Below, piece after piece: positions 54,330 to 64,000 of a stretch of DNA of 64,000 bases. This DNA comes from Chiloscyllium plagiosum (lineage: Eukaryota). The notes under the pieces were generated by a model. It searched no databases. It was given only the letters and a program-made list of their open reading frames with translations, and was not told the DNA's origin. The translations under genes were made by a program, and so were the position numbers. Every line of letters begins with the position of its first letter. The first letter of the stretch is position 1. The DNA is taken from positions 18,799,860-18,863,859 of the forward strand of contig NC_057750.1 of NCBI RefSeq assembly GCF_004010195.1, read 5' to 3'.

Positions 54330-54920
54330 CATCACTGCAGGCACAGAAATACTGAGCCGTGTCGCCTGGTTGCACGTTCCCTATATTTAGGTCGAAAGAG
54401 CCGTCTGTTGTCTTCTTGGCGAAAAATCTGTCTGTGATTCCGTCCGACCTCTTCGGGTCCTCTCCATGCACTGCGTACAATAGATTTTGCAATCCCTGGC
54501 CCGGGAGCTGACGATACCAGTACATGTAAGCATCACTGCCGCTTTGGGTGCAAGGAATAGTTGCAGATCCTTCCAATTTCACCGACACATGCTGCTGAGA
54601 CTGCACAATCTTCTGAGACTCGCAGAATCCTCGAAATAAAACAGAAGTAATAATTAGAAACTGAAGATTGCTACTTTCGCCAGAACTTGAATCTGTTAAA
54701 AATTAGTTCGTTGTTCATTCCTTCTTTCTTTCCATTATTCATTGTCTCATTCTAGATCTATTTCTCTCTGTATAGATCCATTTTATAATATTTATTTTGT
54801 AAACAGCTGTACAGATTTTTGCTCCAAATTGTAAAGACCTCGATGTGACGAGAAATTACATTAACTACCTGCCAAATAGATGAACAGGAACAGGCAGGAT
54901 AGAAGCAATGTCCGCATCAT
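54330..54920 (-). CDS. TRBV: T-cell receptor beta-like V gene segment V3 (leader exon 54920-54869, intron 54868-54630, V exon 54629-54330)
   Basis: Leader MMRTLLLSCLFLFIYLA ends at G|GTAGTT. The V exon reads GFCESQKIVQSQQHVSVKLEGSATIPCTQSGSDAYMYWYRQLPGQGLQNLLYAVHGEDPKRSDGITDRFFAKKTTDGSFDLNIGNVQPGDTAQYFCACSD. YMYWYRQxPGQGLQ, DRF and YFCAxS are typical of Vbeta. Chain assignment is from motif recognition only. Confidence 0.85.
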
Positions 54921-55899
54921 GTACTAAGGGGGCTGTGAATGCCAGTAAGACTTTAGCCTGGAGGCCTGATCCGGGCAATGTGAACATAACCAACTTAACC
55001 TTTTGAGAAATGAACAGTGATCGTCATAAAACTCCGCCCCCACATCCCGAATTGCCAGCTCAAGTCCACACCACCCACATTGCATAGCTCTTCTCATCAT
55101 ATACACTGTAGATATAATTTATGGGGCTGCAAGGCTTCAAAACATTCAAGTAGATGAGCTCAGCAGTGTCTGATGTAGCTTAATTTTAAACGGGCTGTTC
55201 TGACATATTTTGAAACACTTCTGGGGCAGCTAAGACTTGAACCCTCACTCTGATAAAGTAGAATGGACCACATCGTCGGGGTGATATATTTCTCTGACCA
55301 TCTTTATTGTGTTTGGTGAACTAGGTGATTACAGTAATAGCATAAGAAATCGAAGCAGTTGTAGGACATGCAAACAATTGAAGCAATATCAAGATTAAGA
55401 GGGGATTAAGCCTTCATTCAAAGTCAAGATTAAGAGGGTATTCTATTGAGGCATTCAAAATTGTGGACAATTTTTACAAGCGAAAGAAGGATAGTTGACT
55501 TACACTGGTTAGTATGTCGGTATCTTGGAGTCACAACTTCAAGATTGTGTGCTTGGAGAGCTTGGAACAAGATGAGGAGAAACGACAATATTCGAAGAGT
55601 TGTTTAGATTTGCAATGCGCACCTGGGAAAGTGGTGGAGGTTTCCGAGTAGAGCTGGATATATATATCCCATGAAAGGGATTAAGTTAGAAGGCTACAGA
55701 GATAGCATTGGAGAGTAAGACTAGGTAGGTTTCTCTTCTGTGGTGTTATATACACGGTGGGTCACATGGCCTCATTGTGTACTGTACAGTTCTATTTATG
55801 TATTTTATAACATCACTGGTGATCAGATTATGGCCTCAACTCCACGTTCCGGTCTGTAGAAACACCTATGGTACTGCCAGCCAGACAATTTCATGATTT

Positions 55900-56520
55900 T
55901 GACCTCACAACAACAGTGAATGTTTGGCAATATAATTCCAAATTGGGATTGTAGGATCGTCTGTGATTTTCCCATCTAACTGCTTCCCTGATCCTTCTAG
56001 GTTGTGGACACCACAGAATTCCGAAACACTGTTGAAGCCAAGAAGTGTAAATGACCAGTCCCGTTGTTTCTGGTCAAGGTTTCTTTGTAGACGTTCTCTC
56101 AGGCAGCCATTCGTATGGCTTCTCTGCATTGTTGTATTCTCTTTCGAGATAGTTCTTCATTAGTTCACATGGGACATTAAATTGCGTTAATGGTGCTTTC
56201 ACCCGCATGAGACTGGATCGGCCTGCATGCCTATCCTGATCCCTGACTCTCCCATACTTTGAAGATTTGAGGTGATGCTGAACTCCTCAATATTTGCTAT
56301 CTTGAAGGTTTCCCCTTTTCTTTGAAAATTGGCACCAAAATGCTTTGCATTCATACCCTTGGGATTTTGTTTCTTCTCATAATATAAATGAACAGCTTCT
56401 CCAGACCTGGATTGCATGATTGTTCATTGTAGCAGGTCATATTGACACAGATTATTTCCATGTCTACTCCAGTTTCGTATGTTCTTCTAACAAGTGTCTC
56501 CTCATTTCCATCTTAAATGA
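55900..56520 (-). mobile_element. Old RTE-clade LINE RT fragment
   Basis: Manual translation LEKLFIYIMRRNKIPRV*MQSILVPIFKEKG...KVWE...STINAI matches RTE RT N-terminal motifs. Confidence 0.6.
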
Positions 56521-56576
56521 AGTTGTTGTCTCGATTCAAGATTCCCCTGAGAGAGAGCAGTTTCTCTATATATTAG

Positions 56577-57017
56577 ATGGAAATCTGTTGCTGGAAAAGC
56601 GCAGCAGGTTAGGCAGCATCTGGGGAACAGGAGAATCGGCGTTTCGGGCATTAGCCTTTCTTCAGGAATGGCTGAAGAGCTTCTGTGCAGAGGAGATGAC
56701 CTGGGGGGTGCAGTGAGAGAGGGACTCACTGAAACCTTTGTAGAGGGAGAAAGAGAGCTTCTTCAAGGAAGGCATCCTTGTAAGAGGATTCGCAGTAGGT
56801 TGAAATCTTTGAGGAGAAAGTGAGGTCTGCAGATGTTGGAGATCAGAGATGGAAATGTGTTGCTGGAAAAGCACAGCAGGTTAGGCAGCATCCTGAAGAA
56901 GGGCTAATGCCTGAAACGTCGATTCTCCTGTTCCCTAGATGCTGCCTAACCTGCTGCGCTTTTCCAGCACCACATTTCCATCTCTGATCTCCAGCATCTG
57001 CAGACCTCACTTTCTTC
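56577..57017. mobile_element. Partial tandem of a hammerhead-bearing unit of about 270 bp, plus an inverted copy (Penelope pLTR or retrozyme-like)
   Basis: 56577-56620 recurs at about 56849-56891. Hammerhead motifs at 56667-56636 (-) and 56893-56922 (+); 56893-57017 is inverted relative to the unit. Confidence 0.75.
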
Positions 57018-57651
57018 TGTCTATATTACCCTATCACTTCCCGTCAGAATTACATACATTTCAATAAGACCACGTCTGATTCTTCTAGATTCCAGTGCAG
57101 ATAAACATAAATGTCTTGTTTCACAAATCTTACATCCTTTGAATGATTCCAGTAAATATGCTCTGGACGGCTTCTATTGCACGTGTATTTCCCCCTTATG
57201 AAAGGCAAGACTGTCCAAAGAACTCGAGGTGTAGATTCACCAGTTCTCTGCACGGTTTAGCTTGACATCTCCGCTTTTATATTTAAACAAAGTCCTGATT
57301 TTAGGACTGTTAGCGTGTTTTAAATCTTTCCAGGATCTCAGACTTCCTTCACACTGCTTTTTCCTCTCACCCCTGCATTGTTCCTATCTTGGGAATCAGC
57401 TCCAGGCCTTAGAAAAAAACATATTTGTGCACGTTCCTGCAGTCCTTCCAAAACCCCTTGTCCCTGTAATCCCCTGCAAAGGCTACAACCTCTCTATCAA
57501 TGCATTCTTCTCCAGCTCCAAAATTCTATGATAATTCTTGTCTGTTCACCATTCTAGATTTCCATTGCTCTGCTACAGGCGACTCTAGTTGCAAATATGA
57601 GGCAATAAGCACTTTGGCCTATCGTTGTCATGCTGAAGGAGCGGCGCCTAT

Positions 57652-57686
57652 CACCTGATGAAGGAGCGGCACTCCGAAAGCTAGTG
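57652..57686 (+). ncRNA. Minimal type-I hammerhead ribozyme motif (family C), intact core
   Basis: CAC-CTGATGA-A-GGAG-CGGCA-CTCC-GAA-AGCT-A^GTG, immediately before an N-gap. Confidence 0.75.
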
Positions 57687-58199
57687 TGCTTNNNNNNNNN
57701 NNNNNNNNNNNNNNNNNNNNNNNNNNNNNNNNNNNNNNNNNNNNNNNNNNNNNNNNNNNNNNNNNNNNNNNNNNNNNNNNNNNNNNNNNNNNNNNNNNNN
57801 NNNNNNNNNNNNNNNNNNNNNNNNNNNNNNNNNNNNNNNNNNNNNNNNNNNNNNNNNNNNNNNNNNNNNNNNNNNNNNNNNNNNNNNNNNNNNNNNNNNN
57901 NNNNNNNNNNNNNNNNNNNNNNNNNNNNNNNNNNNNNNNNNNNNNNNNNNNNNNNNNNNNNNNNNNNNNNNNNNNNNNNNNNNNNNNNNNNNNNNNNNNN
58001 NNNNNNNNNNNNNNNNNNNNNNNNNNNNNNNNNNNNNNNNNNNNNNNNNNNNNNNNNNNNNNNNNNNNNNNNNNNNNNNNNNNNNNNNNNNNNNNNNNNN
58101 NNNNNNNNNNNNNNNNNNNNNNNNNNNNNNNNNNNNNNNNNNNNNNNNNNNNNNNNNNNNNNNNNNNNNNNNNNNNNNNNNNNNNNNNNNNGGAAGTGA

Positions 58200-60010
58200 T
58201 GTAGTTGTGGGAGGTCAGGGTTCTCCTACTCTGATTGAAATCATGCATCGATCCCCTCAAGATCAGATAAAAGTGAAGCGTGTCTGTAGTTTTCAAAAGA
58301 TACTGGGATAAACGCAGTGAGCGGGCAAAGCAGTGGCAGATGTAGTTTAACATGGGAAATTCGGAGGTTATTTTCTGCCATATTAATTCGAGAGTTGAGA
58401 GAACCAGTTTCAGCAAACGTATTGGGCTAAAAGCAGATAAATTCCCTAGACCTGGTGGCTTACATCCGAGGATTTAAATACAAGTAGCTACAGAGATAGT
58501 GAATACGTTGGTTGTAATTTTCCAAAAATCGTTGGATTCCAGAGAAGTACTGGAGGATGTAAAACTGTCAATGTGACAACCCTATTCAAAAAAGGAAGGA
58601 GGAAAAAATTTGGTAACTATAGACCAGTTAGCCTAAAATCTATTATTGGAAAAAATGTTGGAATTAATTAGTAAGTAAATAATAATAATAGAGAATTGCA
58701 ATCTAATTAAAAAGAGTTAGCATGCCTCATGAAAGTGTAGTCGTGTCTGTCTTCCAGAAAGTTTCAACCAGAGTGGAAAGAAGGGAACAAATAGACGTGA
58801 TGTATTTGGTCTACCAGAAGGCATTGGATTACGTACCTCGCAAAAGGCTAAGCCGAAATATAAAGGTCCGTGCTGTTTGAGATAGAATATTGGCGTGGAT
58901 AGGGAATTTGCCAAACGGCATGAAACAGTGAGTGGGGATAAGGGGTTCTTTTTCGGGTTGGCAACCTGTAACGAGTAGAGTTGCAAAGGGACCAGTGCTG
59001 GAACAGGAGCTGTTTACAATAAATGTATTAATGACTTAGAGGAAGGACGCAAATGTATTGTAGCCAAATTTACAGACAACACAAAAAGGAGTGGAAAGAC
59101 AAATTGTGAACGGGATACAAATAGGTTGTAGAGCAAAATTATTAGGATAATGATGTGGGCAAAAAGTAAACAAACTGAATATAATGTGGGAAACGGTGAA
59201 GTTGTCCATTTTAGAAGGGACAACAAAAGAACTGAGCTCAATTCAAACAGAAAGACAGTTGCCAAAATCTGCAATGTAAAGGGACTTGGGGATATTTGTG
59301 CATGGAACACAGAAAACAAACTCATGGGTGCACCAGATAATCAGGATGACTAATGGAATGTTGACCCTTATTTCAAGGGGATAGGTGAATAAGAGTAGAA
59401 AGGTCTTACTGCAACTGTACAAGATGCTAATGAGAACCACATTTCGAGTACAGTGAGTAATTTTGGTCCCCTTATTTAAGAAAATCATTTATTTCATTGG
59501 AGGCAGTTCAGAGTAGATTAATTTAGATGACCCCTTGTATGGGCATTTGTCTTATGAGCAAAGGCTAAAACATTCGCTGCTCGACTTACTGGAGCTCAGA
59601 AGAATGAAACATTTCTCATTCAAACATTTAGGAATCTTAGGGGGCTTTACAGGCTAAAAGCTAAGAGGGTGTTTCCCTCATGGGAAAATCTAGGAACAGA
59701 AGACATAGTCTCAGGATAAATAGATGCTAATTTAAGGCTGAAATAAAGAGGATTTTGTTCTGTCGGAGGATTCTGATTCCTTGGAATTTCTTGACACAGA
59801 AACCTGAAAATTAGGGGTCACTTAAATATAAGCCTTTGCTTATATTTAAAACTGAGATAGATTGATTCTTGATGAGAAAGAAATCACAGGTTAATGGGGA
59901 AAAGACAAGAAGGTGGGTTTGAGGATGTTGAATCAAACATGATCCTATTGATGTAGCAGGCTTCTGGGCCCGAATCACCTAATGTTCCTATTTCTTACTA
60001 TCTCATAGCC
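58200..60010 (+). mobile_element. Degenerate CR1 LINE RT
   Basis: KADKFPRPGGLHPR, NYRPVSL, GPVLEQELFTINVLMT and AKFTDNTK remnants. Confidence 0.75.
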
Positions 60011-63000
60011 TTAGAACAATTTGTTTTATGAAGGAATGTAGTTGTTCAGATACACAAATTATATAAAAAAGATAGTCCTGCGCAAACATGTTGTATCACA
60101 CCACAGTCAAAAGTATAATTGAATGCTGGCATTTTTTATTCAATGAAATTGGAAAACAAAACAGAGTATGTTCTGCTTCAGTTGGACAAAACTCTGCACA
60201 ATTTCCATCAGGAACATAACTCCTGGACAGATTATCTGGGAAAGAAAATAATTAGATTTTGTAAATGCGGCAAAACTGATTCAATGGAATGAAATCTTGC
60301 CCTAAAGAGATAAATCATGATGATGAGTTGACCAATATTGTTTACCTTACCTTCTGTATGAAGTGTTGATTTATTCACAGAATAGATGCAGAAAGAGGTC
60401 ATTTGACGCATTGACTCTGTGCCGACCCTCTGAGGAGCATCAGACCCAGGTGCAGCACCTCCACATCATCCCATGTTTGCTGTAGCTAGCTCATCTAGCC
60501 TGCACATTGATGGACGTCACAGGGCAATTTACCATGCTAATCGGCATAAACTGCACATCTTTCGACTCTGCGAGAAAGCCAGAGGATGTAATGGAAAAAC
60601 ATTCAGATAAAAGGAGTACATGCAAATTCCACACAGAATCATGAGACAAAGCACACAAAAATAATCACGTCTTTAAGCGGTGGTGGCATCAGGAGGTATT
60701 CTGCTACATGGAAAATGGTGAAAATCTGAAACCATCACCAGGCAAAAACCTGTGGATAGTTGAGTCATTTTTACAGCTCAAAACTGAGATTGATTTAACT
60801 GTGTCACTAGTTCGAAGTATCTGGACTAGAGGGGTTTGTGGACGAAAGGAAAGTAGAGATCAGCCATTTTTTTCAGCAAGTTCATAGGATTAATGGTATT
60901 TTAGAAATTTGCCAGTGGAATACAAGAAGTTTTATTACTTTGAACCTGTAATCCCAGCCACTGAAATCAGTTATAGACCCAAGCACCCTCCCATATTAAG
61001 AAACAAATGGAATTTTAGCGTCTCAGAAGTTATCAATCATTCCATTGTCTCACTTCTCCATGTTCTTTCTGTAGTCATTCTCTTTTATTTCGTCATTACT
61101 TTCTTCTTTCTTTTCTTTTTTTGTTGTTGCGTTGCTTAGGTGAATTTTTACCATTTTGATTGACACCTGAATATTAGGGGTCACTGCTCCTTAAATACAG
61201 TGATAACTCCAGCATGAATAGGTTAAGTCCATTCAAAAAAAGGAATGTTCTTTGGAACTATTCTACAGAAGAGTCGTTGAGAATTAATCATAGAGTCACG
61301 CAGTATGATAACAGATTCGACCTAGCAAATCAAACATGCCAATCTGATTTTGTCCAATTTCCCAGCACTTGGTCCATCTCATCTAAACCTCTCCTATTCA
61401 TATGCCCATCCACATACCTTTTAAATGTTGTAATTTTGCCTGTCTTCATACACGCACAACCCTCTGTGAGAAAAATTTACCCCTCAGTTCTTTTTTAAAT
61501 CTTTCGCCTCTCACCTTAAACCTTTGGACTCATCTGCACTGGGGAAAAGACATTTGCTATTCACCCCGTCCATGCAGTTAGAACTTAGCGAAAAAGCCCC
61601 TGCCTAACTCAGACTTTAGTTAATTCTGTTTTCCTCTTTCTGTAGGAGGTGAGAGACCTGTTGCGTTTTTCCAGCTTGTCCTGTGTTGTTTCAGATTCCC
61701 ACCATCGACAGTACGCTACCTTCGTAGAATGAAGGAAGTTGTTGTTGAGAATCCTGAGCAGACTGCACCTGGAAAATGTCTTTATATCTTGGGCAGCTTT
61801 AAACAGAATTAGACCGGGGTTCGTGGTGTTAATCACGAAAACGGTTTGCACAAATCTAACTGTATTGTCTTGAGTACAGAAGATTGAACGTGAGCTCAGT
61901 TAAAGGCTTTATTTCAGAATTTTAGGCGAGTATTTTTCCAACAGTTATAGGCATTTTCTTCACGGTAAGAGCAGAGCAACGTGATTTCATTTCATGTTGA
62001 GAAGTAGACATTTCAGGAGTGATGTCAAAACTCTCACTGCCTGCAACGACAATGCTAACTAATAGTCAGTTAGAAGTTTAGAAACAATGATCTCAGCTGG
62101 AGGCTGCTGAACAAAATTAGGAAAGGGACCAGTAAACCAATCTAATTGATTGATGGAGCAATCCTAAATAATTGTACAGAGGCCCATGATTCAATATTAT
62201 GATTGAATCATGTTCAAGCCACTTTATTTTGGGTTCATATCGCGACATGTGCTGACCATTTGAGAATAGAAATGTTGGCTCAACATCAAAACCAAACTAT
62301 TTTGCTCTTTTGGATTGTTCTAATTTTTCTGCAAGTTGCTCTTTTTTGCAATCGTTTGTTCTATCTGTTGTGGTTCTGTTCACCGAGCTGGGAATTCTAT
62401 CTGTGTTCGGTATTTTCATATATTTTACACAATGGATCAAAACCAACTTGACTCCATTTTCAAGTTCAGAGTACACGTATCGTGAACCCACTCATATATA
62501 ATTCTGTTCCCTTCCTCCACATGACTTTATTGAATTTCTTCCTCCCCATCTATTCAATGCATTGATGCTGTTCTCCTCAGCTGTGTGATAGCCTGTTACT
62601 GCTGTGAAGATGTGGGTGGTACTATAACTTTAAGAGAGTTAAAAGCTAGCAGAACTACCTGACAGTACCAAGTGTTCTGAATAAGCTATAATGTAACATG
62701 TGGTCCAGCTACTGGCATGGGACAGGTAGCTGGTTGCTTGGAGACAAAAACAGATCCAAAGTAGGCCAATCAGTTTAAATTACAACCACCAAAATCATCA
62801 AACACCAATCAAGTTTGCATTTAGCATATCGAAAATCTTGAAAGCCAATGACACAATCCAATGCTTTGGGAGAATAAGACTGGGGAAAATTGAACAGTTT
62901 GGAGGAGAACTGCCACGCCACCAGCATGTCGGGACTACCCAGAGAATAACTCTCTTAAAGGTACTTTTATCGATCAGTAACCTGTGAAGCAGAATTCCCT

Positions 63001-63282
63001 AAGAAGAAAAGAAGGTTTGACATCTGGGTGGTTTTGAATTTGATTTTTTTTTCAATAAATCTTTATCGGGAAGATTTTCTCGGACTTGTATTGTAGAAGG
63101 GAAAGGTAAAAGATAGTCGAGAGGAAGGAGTTGTAAATAGTTTGTAAGTTAATTATTCTTTGTTATACTTTAAGAAATAAAGTTGTTACTTTAACTTTAA
63201 GCAACCAGCTACCTGAGCCATGCTCTTGGCCTCTCAAATTTTCACTGATTACCGCATGGGATAAATCTTTTCTTAAGAATTA

Positions 63283-63585
63283 GAATCCCTGCAGTATGGA
63301 AACAGGCCCTTCGGCCCAGCAAGTCCACACCGACCCTCCAAAGAGTAACACAGCAAGACCCATTCCCTACCATATATTTAACCCTGATTAACCCTAACCT
63401 ACCCATCCATGACGACTGTGGACAACTTAACGTGGCTAATTCACTTAACATCATTGTGACTGTGGGAGGAAGCCCACTCAGTCACGGGGAGAATGTGCAA
63501 GTCACTGCACAGTCACTCAAGGCTGGAATCAAACCAAAGTCCCTGGCGCTTTGAGGCAGCAGTACTAACCACTGAGCCCCCATAC
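63283..63585 (-). mobile_element. HE1 SINE, inserted within an LTR-like repeat (about 62600-63645)
   Basis: Reverse complement of the HE1 head and body. Flanks end in ...GTGTTGTAACA. Confidence 0.75.
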
Positions 63586-64000
63586 CAGTCTTTTTTATGT
63601 TGCTGGTTTAAATTAAGCAGGAACGTTTACCCCGTGTTGTAACAGATATACATTCTAATCACTCTCTGAGTGAAGACTCTTTACCTGAATTTCCCTTTTG
63701 GAATTAGCACTAATATTTAAAATATTCAAATACCACGAAAAGCTTGTATTTGTGATCCTGTAGTCCTCATCTCCCGAATCAATAATCATGTCTTCTTATA
63801 ATTAATATTTTCATAATTTCGAAGACTTAAATATTCATAGAACCATATAGTACAGCAGAAGTTCTTTGGTCCATTGAGTCTGTACCACCAAAACTACACT
63901 ATTCTGCTTAACAGCACTATGCCTATACCCTTGAGTATTATGAGATTTCAAGTGCTCGTCAGGATTGTTTTAAGGTTGTGTGGCTACTCGCTTCAACTCA

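Noticed and set aside
62018-62027. Exact Vbeta decamer AGTGATGTCA
   Set aside because: No leader or V exon was found next to it on either strand.
61609-62501. Short ORFs 61609-61851 and the hydrophobic 62310-62501
   Set aside because: The first overlaps a degenerate dispersed repeat, and the second has no splice or homology support.

Overview
This is cartilaginous-fish (shark) genomic DNA, inferred from HE1-type V-SINEs and abundant CR1 and Penelope-like repeats; it contains four N-gaps. The window is part of an antigen-receptor V-gene array on the minus strand. Three V segments are intact (leader exon, intron, V exon, 23-bp-spacer RSS) at 30.5-31.2 kb, 32.3-33.0 kb and 54.3-54.9 kb, and one V pseudogene not recovered by the ORF track lies at 40.9-41.3 kb. 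The 54-kb V resembles a TCR-beta V. The 30-kb and 32-kb Vs form a divergent family with a conserved extra Cys-X5-Cys pair in the CDR2 region. No D, J or C segments were found. Most of the remainder is retroelement sequence (CR1, L1, Tx1, RTE, Penelope-like, SINEs, LTR-like), often nested, plus several tandem duplications. The short dispersed Penelope-associated repeats carry minimal type-I hammerhead ribozyme motifs of at least four families with compensatory covariation, often in head-to-head hairpins flanked by 14-15 bp target-site duplications. All calls are by eye, without database searches.
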